Shown piece by piece: positions 48,447-60,000 of a stretch of 60,000 bases of DNA. Both the position numbers and the translations under genes were made by a program. Location: positions 76,758,001 to 76,818,000 of the forward strand of contig OZ076409.1 of NCBI GenBank assembly GCA_964187785.1. Direction: 5' to 3'. The first letter of the stretch is position 1. Each line of letters opens with the position of its first letter. The notes beneath the pieces were generated by a model. It saw only the letters and a list, made by a program, of their open reading frames with translations, was not told the origin of the DNA and did no database searches. Source of the stretch: Amphiscolops sp. MND2022. Its lineage: Eukaryota.

Positions 48447-50500
48447 ATGAATAACAAAAATTTTAACTAATACATTGTATACAAAATACATGCCGTTAAA
48501 TACGCATTCATAGTACACTTAGTTCATTCCTCATCTGTTCCTAAAGTTCAAAAACGAGTTCAAAAACCTTTTAGAGTAACACAATTAAACACTTGGCATA
48601 TTAGAACATTTGTACTCGATGAAAATTATTCTGATTGGATAGTTAATTTTACAAAAAATTCATACTCAAGATGTAGGAGTGACCGAGAACATTTAATTAC
48701 CCGACAAAGTGGGGAACTTAGAATAGTTAATACTATAATAGACTACGATGATAAAAACAATTATATGATTCATGATGGACATATATTACCATGTTACCAT
48801 TCAGGCGGATTTTGTAAACCAACAACAAAGACTCCATATACATTACCATGGTTTGATGAAAAGTTTGGCCTCATATTTCAAATACAAGAATTCATTAGAA
48901 GAATGACAAGAATTGAAGATCGGTATTGGATAGAAACAGACACCTTTATCGACGCCTCAAATATTACACAAAAATTTCAAACTGAAGGAAAACAAGGAAC
49001 AAAAGTTCCAAATGTTAAAACACCGCAATCACCTGTAGACAATCCAAGCCTTTCCAGATTTGAAATATATCCAATTGCTCAAACGTTTTGTGGAAAACCA
49101 GATCCAGTATACTCAACACAATATGAAGACATCTTTGTTACATACTTAGATGGTTCTGATATGAACACTGGACAACCAAGACCACACTCAATGATAGATC
49201 AAAGAATTAGTGGACAGATACAATATGACAATACAAATAAAAAGTATATATTCCCTGCACTGAATATATCAAACAATTTCGTCACTCTAGACTATGATGC
49301 TCACATTAAAACAAAAATTTACTTCACCATAAATCATGTATTTAAATCCATGTCAGTACAAGAATTAAACAAACTTCATACAATATGTGAACTAGAAAGA
49401 ACTCAATTGTTAACAATCTTAGCTATATCAGTTAAGAATCCTCAATTAGCTGGTTTTCTTTTAACTGGAAATCTTAGTAATTTCCTCTATGTTGAAGGAT
49501 CTACAGCATGGCTGTATGATTGTCCTCATTTTATATCACCACCATATAAGACAGATAAATGCTTTGATAGAATTCCCATACACTATAGAGAAACTATAAT
49601 GTATGTTGACCCTATAACAAGACAAACTTTTAACTATGCAACACCAATTGAATGTGGAAACAACCCACAAAATATAATCGAATTAGACCCTGATTCAGAT
49701 GACGAAGATTTTTATGTGTTAACACCAGAACCACTTAAAAGGGAAGCACCACAAATGTTTAAACCTACTCAAATTAAAACCACAATAACTCCCAGTACCT
49801 TTACCGCCCAAGAAGCTCGTATATATTCAAATGCAGAATTAGATCAAATCTGGAATAGAGTATTAGTTGCAAAACACTCAGACACCACTCTCCAATTACT
49901 TGGAAAATCATTAAGTTTTGATTTCATTACTGTACATAATGAACGTCACTCCCATTCAGGACCCAATCTTTATAATCATTTAAGAATTGGAATACATGAC
50001 CACCTATTAAACTTTTTACCACTTTTTAACCCTGACTGGTTTAGTCAAGCTTTTATTAACTTCTTTGGATATCCATGTTTTGTTTTAACACAATGTGGAA
50101 TTTGTTTTTCAACATTTCTTTTCATCAGAGAAGTTTTAACATTTTTACTTAAATTTTACAGAACAATTAGTATAAAATACAATCTCCAAAGTAACATTTC
50201 TATTTTGAGTTCAAAAGCTCATGGATTTTTTAAAATAGTAACATCGGAAATGGTAACTGATTTAAACAATACAGGAAAGCGAAAACGGATGTATACTAAA
50301 CACAAAATTACCACTAGCGAAAACGACAATATCCTATTGCCGAAAAAAGGAACACAAAAAAAATGAGAAGATACTCTGATAGCGACTCCCCTTATTTGCC
50401 GCCCAAATATACAAGTAAAAATTCAACACTTCAATCACCAAAAAAGACACACCCAAACAATAATACTGATATTAATTCACAGGACTATGACCCCATAGTA
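48447..50500 (+). pseudogene. env: env of element B, N-terminal ectodomain deletion and tail frameshift
   Basis: ORF 48765-50366 closely matches 12540-14060 of element A (GFCKPTTKTP, CELER, CFDRIPIH, TM segment). Confidence 0.85.
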
Positions 50501-51037
50501 TAAAATGTTATAGCTTTACCGGAAAGCCCCGCTAAAGTCTTTATAAAATTTAATCCCTCCTAACCAAAAAGCAATCACCAAATAAAACAAATTAACTCAA
50601 AAAGTTCACAAAATTAAAAATAAATTCCCCACCGATTTTACTTTCATTCAAACTCAAATTCTCATTTGGACAAGTTGCCAACTTCAACTCAACACAAGTT
50701 GCCCACATCAATTTAACCAAAGGAACTTAGAAGTTCTTCTTCTTATTTCAAGAATTTGGCCTAATTCAACTCAGCCAAACAATCTTCAACTTGACCCTCA
50801 GTCCCTGTAAACAGACTGAAATTACAGAAGTTTCTATTCCGGGAATAGATACCACTGTGATTGTTGATGTTTTAACCCTCAACTAACTCAAAGTATTTCA
50901 ATACTGTAAGTACAATTTAAACCCTATTTTCAATAATAACTTTAAACTAATGGACCAAAAGTATATAACAAAAACATTAATCTTTGTTAAAAGGTATAAT
51001 TACTGTTTTAGCGCTACAAAACACACGCGTTTAAATA

Positions 51038-52310
51038 ATGGAATACTTGCCCGATGTTGATGTAGTTAATTCTAGCCCTTCTGAATTGCATACATCCCCT
51101 TTAAACATAACTATTCAACAAAATGTTAACGAAGATAATAATTCATCTTCAAATTCTCAAGATAGTATGGAAGTTATTCCAGTTGATCAAATTGATCATA
51201 TAAACACAAGAACTCAAAAACGAAAATACCCAGATATAACTGCTGACAAACCTTTTATGGAATCTGGCGCTTGCCCTCCTTTCATAAAACCAGTAAAACA
51301 AGATGAAAACAGAGACAGTGAATTAACTCCTATTTTATCATCAAAACAATTTCCATTTCAATTTCATTTAACCTCAATATACATGATACCAACCAAATAC
51401 AAATTCATCATCAGAGAATTCAAAAATGATTATCATACTTCAATTGCTTCAAAACTAATCACCCCTATGACTGGTGGTTAAGCAATAAAGTGAAAATTTT
51501 CTCAGACCATCTCTATACGACCTCAGAACTGAAGAAAATGACACAAATTTTTTACCATATCAAATAAAGAAATCTCATCATGTCTCTTACCAAAAGTTTC
51601 TTCAATACAAAGAACCTGAAAATTACTTGTTCTTCAATCCGAAATGTACATCACCCTTCACTTTCAACTCAGAATATCTGAGAAATCATACTAAAACAAA
51701 GGGAAAACTCCGAAATTACGATCCTTTAAAACAAAGTTTCCTTTTCCTTCCAAATGATAACCCGAAAAGACCAATTATTGTTCCACAAGAATATCTCATT
51801 TTAATTGACGATTCGCTACTACAGGAAAATAAACCTCAAAAAATATCAGATCCTTTTCCTCCACTTCAACACATAGCCTCTCAACCCCTTGGAGACAGCG
51901 AAAAATCTTATTACTACGCTATGACCAAAAAGGGATATTCATATATTGAATTAATATTCATTAGTTCTCATCTGCTTTCACTTCTTATAAAAGGAAATAA
52001 TAAAGAACACAAAAAGACAAAACACGACTCTCCAAAGAAAACAAAAACGGACATTCCTCAACCACAAGGTTTCCTCCTAACTGAAGAATTACAAATATAC
52101 AAAGAAATATTGGATGTCAAAAAACCGTATCATCATTCAAAAAGAGATATCATCGTCACTATTGCCGAAATCGTAAACACCCTCGAACAAGCTCGAAATT
52201 TAATACAAAGTATCGTATTTGATACGACGAGAGTGAGCCAATCAGCTTCATGTATACGCACATCCTTAGATGATTTCAGCTACATATTTGAAAAAATGCA
52301 AAGATCTTAA
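51038..52310 (+). pseudogene. ORF4 of element B (frameshifted)
   Basis: Homologous to 14706-16033. Confidence 0.75.
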
Positions 52311-52716
52311 CTGGTAATTATGGGATAATAGCTTTATAATTGTTAACATTTATCACTTAAACTCTTAACAACCTGTCAAAATGAATTGAGTCTACCCGTA
52401 TAAGCTTGCTATGCATGACTGTACTCTATATTAAATAATAAAATACACTCCATACTAAAAGAATGAAATTATTTTCATTAGCGACATGAAAAATTTTAAC
52501 AAAATTCTTCAAATGCTCCTCCTTTTATTGAACCGATTTTAACCAATAAGATCTTAAGTGAAAGATATTTAAATACCCTACAAAAGACTTCCAAAATACA
52601 CTAACTTGATTCTTAAATATAAAAAAAAATAACACATTAAAGTACATAAGAAAAATGTCAACTATAAAAATCCATTTTTAAAAGAAATTCAATGTGAACA
52701 AACCAATCTATTTCAG

Positions 52717-53182
52717 GTGAATTTCGCCAAAACTTCTTCTTCTACATTTCTTCTTCATCTCAAGACATTGATCCACTGGCTCTGAGCGACAATTCCCAAT
52801 TATTCAGTCATTTCCTTCAAATTCTTCTAAAGATGACATTACTGGATTCAACTAAAGAAGAATCTCCAATTGCCCCTCTGCTTTCAGTTCCTTCAACTCG
52901 ACTCCGATCCCTCATCCTGAAAAACATTTACCAACATTCTATACACAACTTACAAAAGAAAAAAGAGCTGACCCTCACTTACCCAGATTAATTCTTCTAA
53001 ATATGTTTCAAATCTTCCAAGTAACGAAGATCAATTTTGACCAATACCTCAAACTTCACAAACATCCGGATACATATATTATCCAATGCGACGCTACCAC
53101 ACAAACTGAATATACTACCATACGCCCAAAGCCTTTTTCGAGAACTTTATCCAATAAGTCTCGTACAGAATTCGAAAAATAA
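52717..53182 (+). pseudogene. Possible degenerate ORF5 of element B
   Basis: Follows a TTTCAG acceptor-like site at 52716. The frame ...QVTKINFDQYLKLH... weakly resembles ORF5 of A. Confidence 0.3.
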
Positions 53183-54029
53183 AATCTTACATCATATTGG
53201 CCCCCAGATGAATGTGACACCACTGACGAAGAACTTCAAAAAGACCCCCCTGAAGCTTCTATCGACCACAATTCTGTGTAAATATCGTATACTTACGTTT
53301 CCTTTTGATGAACATCTTCAACAAATTCAATCAGTCAACATCCCAGATGACATCATTCCACAATGACAGCAACATCTCTCATATGAATCGCCCAGATGAA
53401 CAGAATGCATTGACGACTTCAAAAAGATCATCCTCCATCCTCACCCATCATCGACTCAAGCCACCCAAGATAATCCAATCAATCAACAGATGATATGCAG
53501 ATAATATGAATAACAATAAATAATCGACAGCAGAAAAACAAAAAAACATTGTACTTGATTATGAGTAAAACTTTAGAAACACTTATTTGAAATGTACTTG
53601 CGATTAAATTTATCTTAAAATATACAATAATAATTCCCACCCATATTTATTTGCCCTCATATTACTCTCATCTTGTGCCCATACCGATATTTATATGCAT
53701 ATTTTCAATGAATAATTCAGTAATATTATTTTTCAGTGCTATTCAATCCTAATAATTCAAAATGTTAACAAAATTCTTTTCAAAATTTCAACAAAAATGA
53801 GTTCAAAAATTAGATCAAGCACACTGCTAAATCTCAATTTGAATAATGAGAAACCCAATTTCTCAAAGATTTTAACATTTCTTACATAACAAACCCGCCA
53901 AAGTTGAAAACAACCTGAAATCTTTAATAAGGTTTAAATATTATAATTTATGAAATCTTTAATAATCTTTAAACAACCTGAAATCTGAAAATAATGTAAA
54001 AAATTAATTTCTTTAAAAACCAGGATGGA

Positions 54030-54308
54030 TGTACTAACCTACATTAATAACCAATAGTATTTAGATGTTTGTAGAATGTTCTAGAATGTACATTTATTTA
54101 ATATTGAATGACTGTAAAACTCTACTCCTTCAGAGAGAGAAAACTAATAATCAGTATTTGGTCGACTTCCTTTTTGCTCTACTTCTACCATCTCATAGCT
54201 AGCTAGCCAGACCTCGAAGCAGCCTTTCTTAGTAAGCCTTTAAGTAGCCACCACCACCTTTCAATAAAAGAAAAAGGCAAACACCCAACAACTATTTAAG
54301 GCAGCACA
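54030..54308 (+). repeat. 3' LTR of element B
   Basis: Direct repeat of 36705-36982, followed by TSD GCTG. Confidence 0.97.
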
Positions 54309-55768
54309 GCTGCTGAAAATCATGAAACTTGAGACGCTCAGAGCAGCCTTGTACATCATGGTTCATGGGCTACAGCTGAGTCAAGAAAATGTTTCAAAAA
54401 GGTTTTCGTTTCGTTCATAAACATGACGGGAGACTTGAGAAATACTGAAGATGTCTTGGAAAGTTGATTTTCATCTCATGCATTTTCCTGGGGCAGTTTG
54501 AAATGATGCTGCGTGCGAAATACTCGAGAGCATTGTGCTAAGCGTTTTACCGCATGCGTTTCTTCAATTTTTGGGAGTTACGAAAATATCATTTCAGGCT
54601 GAAGGCCACCTTTCGTTTCGTTTTCGCGTGAGTATTTGCGTCTAAAAAGTGTAAAACGTTTGAATCTTTTGAAAATGAACTATGAAAGTAAGTCATACGA
54701 TTAATCCAAGTATAAAATACTGGTTTTCGATATACCGTATAAAGCGATAATAAATGCACTTTATCCAATATGATGAAATGATATCCTATTAATCCTGGTT
54801 CTTGCCAGGTTGAGAAAGAAAATGGTTCCTCTGAATCATTCGGAGTCATATTTGCATAAACTAACTTTCCGGTCTGTAGAAGTTTCGAAATATTCCTAAT
54901 ATTTTCTCCAAAGTCATAATAGAATATATTCGTCAAAGAATTTCAACCTTATCAAAATAATAATTTCTGTTGAAACATGCAATATTTAGTTTTGGTGTAT
55001 ACTGGGGGGGGGTTTGTTAAAATGTTCGCGCTTACTCTGAAGGGGGGGGGGGGTGTCACGACCCGCTCCCGGTCGTAATTTCACCTGCTGTTCTGGGATA
55101 CCCGGGTACGGAAGGGGACGAGACAACGGCTTTTGCAAGTATTACTAAACTAGCTTAATTTTAACTCAATCAAATGTTTCACTTACATAACAGCTGAATT
55201 ATCTGTAGAGAGTTTTCCAAATCAAAATTTAACGCAAGCGCCACGGAATATTTTCAGAAATGATTTAGGACTAGCCAAAATTTCCGGTTTAATGTTTTCA
55301 AGCGTAACGCTATTTTCATTTCCGGTATCGTCTTCTAAATTTTGTCATACTATTCTAAATATTAAAACAGAAACATTTTCTAATTGGGATCATTCTTCTT
55401 CTGTTCCACACTAAAGAGAAAACATCAAAAATAATATTTAACTCCGAGATCCCAACGGAGTGCATGCGATCTAAAATGAAAAAACATACAGAATATAGGG
55501 GAGTTATTTCTCCAGTATTAGAGTAGTTGTCAATATTCACTTGAAGCCTCAGTCAAGTGATTTAAGCAAATGTTTACAACGTTATGACAGCGTCACTCAA
55601 CGGAGCTAATACTAGGTGTTTCTATTTTTACGGACCAATAGCGTCACTCCTCAACTGAACTATTTAGGCTTGCGCCGATAGAATTAAGCTCGGTTGCCCC
55701 TAGCAACGCCAATTAGCTAAGAGAAAGAGAATGAATTCGCATAGGCGCTCCGCTTTCCTCCGCCGCTC

Positions 55769-55888
55769 AGCTATAACTAATCTTAATACGTACGGAGCGG
55801 CTACGGAGTGGATTGTAAAGTTGTATTCCGCTGGTTAGCTATAACTTCTCTTAATACGTACGGAGCGGTTACGGAGCGGATTGTAAAA
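55769..55888. repeat. ~50-bp direct duplication
   Basis: AGCTATAACT..TCTTAATACGTACGGAGCGG.TACGGAG.GGATTGTAAA occurs twice. Confidence 0.8.
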
Positions 55889-58800
55889 CTGTAGATATGA
55901 AGTATTGGTACAAAAGGAATTATGACAAAGTCGCCTTTTTGAATCGACGCATTTAAGTGATCTTTGGAATAGGATTTCACATGAAGAAAAGTTGTACTGT
56001 AAGAAAAACCGAAGTATTAATTTGATGCTGCCAAATGTGAAATACGGTTGACTTACGTTGCAATTTACTCATCAACAAAAAGGTTTCGATTGAATAGCTT
56101 CATTTTATGGAAGATGCATTGTGGCAATGAAATAGAAAAATGCAGCGTAAGATTAACGCACTTTCCAAATGCCTTCTTATAATTTCCTGTGTTTGTGACA
56201 CTACCATAATCATGAGTTGCTACTTATTTGATACCAGCCTGTTGTCTGTTTTGATAGGTGGAAACTTTTAACACTATTCTCCTAATTTCTATGGAAATGA
56301 TGTTTTGTACAAACGGGTTGTTCCCGTTGTAACTGTTAATGTTTGTGTTTAATCCATACTAGTGCTAGAGGTATGGTGAATGTTTGTTTAAGTTGTCTAC
56401 TGCAATATGCCTTTTCAGCATCGTTTGTTCCTTTCCACTATTTAGGTATTTCTCATTTTTGAATTCCTTCACTCCTTTTTATTTCCGTCAAAATTTTTGA
56501 GCGTCATACTTTTGCTTCGAACATTGATTTCCTAACTTGGGAAGTGACTAATTGATCACGCCGGCGTGTCTTCGTCGATGAAAATTTCAGCTAAACCTTT
56601 ATTTTACCGCAATTTTGAGACTTAAACAGGACATGGAATTGCCTGAACAGAAATGATTTCAACAAGTATTACGGAATACCGACGCAACTAGGAATTTTGA
56701 TACCTAATTTTATGACGCGGGGCTGAAATAATTTGAATCGTAAGCTCTTTTTGATGAACAAACCTGATTTTTAAGATACCTAGAAACTTTTAGGTGAGGA
56801 ACAAATGATGCTGGAAAGGTATAAATATGTAAGACTTTCATGTAAAGTTAGTTAGTTTTTGTGATATCATACTGTTTAAACTGTTCCGTTAATCTGTTTA
56901 AACTGTTTAAACTTTCTTCGAAGAATTTACCTTTACTGAAGACTTTGAATTTTCAATCTGAAAAATGACAACTAGAAGCTAAAAGAGGAAAGCTCTAGCT
57001 GAGGTAGTTTCTGGAGATTTTGAAACCCCTGTAAACGAGAATGTCCCGTCTGAGGATTTAATCGCAGGTCCTAGTAAAACTCTCAGGATTGAGCCAGAAA
57101 ACTTAGACGAAATAAAACGTCTTTGAGGAAAGAAATCCTATCTGACCTGTCAAAAATATTAGTTGAGAACCAAAAGGAAATGCTTAAATTGATAACACCT
57201 TTGAGTAAAAAATGCCCCATCTGCACCAATGACCAGGAATCTGATTCTGAACCTGAAAACATCTCTGTTGCGAGAACGTCATTCCAATATCGAGACGATC
57301 GTTCAATGACCTTCAACTACATGGTTTACATGTTCACTACACGTAAGGGGTACTTTTCCGTCCTCTTGGGGCGCAATACATAGCGAATCGTCTCTGCTGA
57401 CTGAATTGCATATATTATCACCTAAAGAACCTGATTTACATGTTTTAATGTAAGTTCTTCCATACGTTCCGGTGGTACATCAAAAATGACCTTGAGGTCC
57501 TTCCGTGACCTTTAAGTTATTCGTCCTCATCCAAAGTTGCTGCATGCCACGTTATTTGGTCCTAGTATTAATGGTCTTCGAGTTACATGATATGCGTATC
57601 GTTTGTTTACTTAAGGCGGTTACCCCGCATGGGTTATGAATACGGTTTCATTCTTGTTAGTAATCGACTACATTCATCATTCCGGTTCGTTCGAGATATT
57701 ACAAGCCAAAGTCAAATGTCAACCGGTCCGGTCCGGTGTGCCTTAAACAAACAATACTTTGCGCGTGGTGGACCGATTACTGTATCTTTCATGTATATTA
57801 CTTAGGGTTAGTAGGCGAACATCTTAGGTAAACTTCATGCTCCTCGGGTCATCCGTTGGCTATTTACATAACAATCGATCGGGGTTTGTTTACATAGGGT
57901 CGATACTCCTCCTACACGTGTCTTAGGCTTCCGAAAATATTCGCAAACGGCCCAATATCATATGGGCTACCAATTCCAAATACTATATGACTTATTCCGT
58001 GTTTCGCCGATGAGTTCGTAGGGGGGTCGACCTAGGTCACTTCCGGTGCTAATTGCCCGGGGCTGGGGGGTCACGGCTCGGTTCCGTTTTTATAAGCGCG
58101 TAGCATATCAGCTCAGGTAAACGCGTGCCAACTTTCAGGTCTCTACAATTAATACTCTTTGAGAAAAACCGTTTGGGGGAGGGTTTTCCGATTTTTCCCC
58201 CTCTGTCTCCAAATATCGTGTCTTAGAATATTTTCGCTCTTAAGTGGGCAAAATTCGCTCTCAGAGATCAACAACGTCATTCCACAACTTTTGCCTAAGA
58301 CGTTTCGTTTACTTAAAGTAAACACTTAGGTTGCCAAGTAAGCCATATCGAAGCATGCTATTGTCAGCCTTCTCAGCTGTTTTACTGACTTACGCAATGT
58401 GGAATGTCTGAAATGTAGTTCGATGTATATTCTGTGCTTCGCGCAAAAGTGATGGGATTTTTCTAAAACGCCAAAAATTCAAAAATTCCACACCAAGCTT
58501 CAAAACGAACAGTGGATTAAAAACTGACAGAAAAAACATTTCTCATAAAGTTACCAACTGAAACTAAATTTGGAAACTTCAACAAGAACCTCGTTGAATA
58601 AAAGAAGAATATGGACCGAGGACATTTTCTTCAGATGGCAAGCTTGGTATGAAGCTTGGTATAGCTTGGCCAGCGTTCAATTTTTCCGACGATAAGGTTT
58701 TTTCAACCACGAAATGGCTTTTTTAGAAACACCGGAATCTCAGAGATGTTGAATGAATCAGACATTTTTGACGGATAACCGAACTTAAAGAAGGATGTAG

Positions 58801-59040
58801 GAACTGTTCTTGAGGCCTATCCAGAGTGCCTGTCTCTGGTTGAGAAACTAATTTAACAACTTTCGAAAACCAGAGGCCCAAAAAATTCACTACGCAAGGA
58901 CAAAAAAATAGTCGTTTGCTTGAAAAATCAAGAATAGCGAGACCAAGTTACTAACTGCACTGGAGCAATTTAGTAAAAAACCAGTGGTAGCAATATGCGC
59001 AACAAATATAAACAAGTTTGTTTATCAAAGAGTATTCCTT

Positions 59041-59490
59041 CCCAACGTTCGACATCTTGAATATCTTGCGAAGATCTTAGAAAAAACTTCAATTCTTGAA
59101 TATATTGGAAAGATCTTAGGTTTTGTCTTGACATCTTGAATTTCTTGGTAAGATCTTGGATTCCACCTTGAGAAGATCTTGGATCTTGGAAATCTTGGTA
59201 AGATCTTGGATCTTGAATATCTTGGCAAGGTCTTGGATTTTGTCTTGACATCTTGAATATCTGAGTCCTATCACGTGTGTTACATAACTAAACATCAGGA
59301 GAGAGCCTCCACCTCAGAATAAGGACACTGTTCAGTTTCTCAAAGCGTTGCTCGCAGAAGAACTACATGTTCGACAAACATATTCTTGAAATCTATATTG
59401 GATTTCTTCGAAGATCATCCGAGAACTTGCAAGATCTTGGCAAGATCTTGGCGAGATCTTGGCAAGATATTCAAGATGTCGAACGCTGGG
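59041..59490. mobile_element. Non-autonomous DNA transposon, CCC...GGG termini, 2-bp TSD TT
   Basis: TIR CCCAACGTTCGACATCTTGAATATCTTGC / GCAAGATATTCAAGATGTCGAACGCTGGG; AAGATCTTGG subrepeats. Confidence 0.8.
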
Positions 59491-59923
59491 TTGAGTAGAT
59501 TACTCACGAGCAACGGAACCATAGAACGAATCTGTAGATAAAAGCATATTTTTTAATGGTTTAAACTTGCCTTTCCAGCTGACAGATCACTAATTATTGT
59601 ATTCGAAGCAGGTATAAACAGACACGGAGAAGTCTGCAACCGTTTTCAAAGTCTTAAACAAAAGCGTAACCAACAGTGAATGGGGCAAAATTGCAGACGC
59701 CACGACGAAAAAACTGGAGACCAAGACCGTCATATTGAAATTTTGATACTTCGCAGAAAAATTGAAGCAACCTCTTTCAGACACACACAGAAGACGAGCT
59801 AAAAAGTTATATGGAGGATGGAATATTTGTGCTTTTATTGAGAGGGTCACTTGAAAAATATTGTTACAAATGGAAATGCAGTCAGGAAACCGCCAAATAC
59901 AAGAATACAGGGTGTGTGTTAAA

Positions 59924-60000
59924 GGGTTCTCAGACAAAAAAGCCCCAGACAAAAGCGCCCCAGACAAAAGCGCCCCAGACAAAAGCGCCCCAGACAAAAG
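59924..60000. repeat. 15-bp tandem repeat, likely the left arm of another foldback-type element (truncated by window end)
   Basis: GGGTTCT followed by (CAGACAAAAGCGCCC)n. Confidence 0.7.

Larger units (their letters stand above)
36705..54308 (+). mobile_element. Giant (17.6 kb) env-bearing Ty3/gypsy LTR retroelement B, same architecture as A, more degenerate
   Basis: Paired TG...CA LTRs, TSD GCTG (36701-36704, 54309-54312), PBS, and ORFs collinear and homologous with element A. Confidence 0.97.

Noticed and set aside
54310..59040. Host gene or intact element downstream of element B
   Set aside because: Only short ORFs without recognisable motifs are present, and I could not define termini, TSDs or exon structure.
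59590..59997. 135-aa minus-strand ORF with LLSGA repeats
   Set aside because: It is a translation of the 15-bp tandem repeat, with no other coding evidence.

Overview
AT-rich eukaryotic (probably animal) repetitive DNA with no recognisable host gene. The window is dominated by two related but strongly diverged giant LTR retroelements of the Ty3/gypsy type, both on the + strand. Element A is 792-18691 (401-bp LTRs, TSD TTCA) and element B is 36705-54308 (278/279-bp LTRs, TSD GCTG). Both have the same retrovirus-like layout: PBS; a conserved small leader ORF; an array of 6-7 co-varying RNA hairpins; a small transmembrane ORF; one long gag-pol frame (unknown N-domain, capsid, CCHC knuckle, RS-rich tract, PR, RT, RH, IN); a separate ORF with conserved PSAP and LYPxL budding motifs; a class III-type (chuvirus G/herpes gB-like) envelope gene with a PPxY tail; and two further unknown 3' ORFs with splice signals. 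Neither has a canonical polypurine tract. Both copies carry inactivating stops or frameshifts, and B also has deletions in RT and env. The rest is a patchwork of an old minus-strand gypsy element, non-autonomous DNA transposons (CCC...GGG ends with 2-bp TSD; foldback-type with 8-bp TSD), tRNA-derived SINE-like heads and fragments. All family assignments come from motif recognition by eye; no database searches were run.
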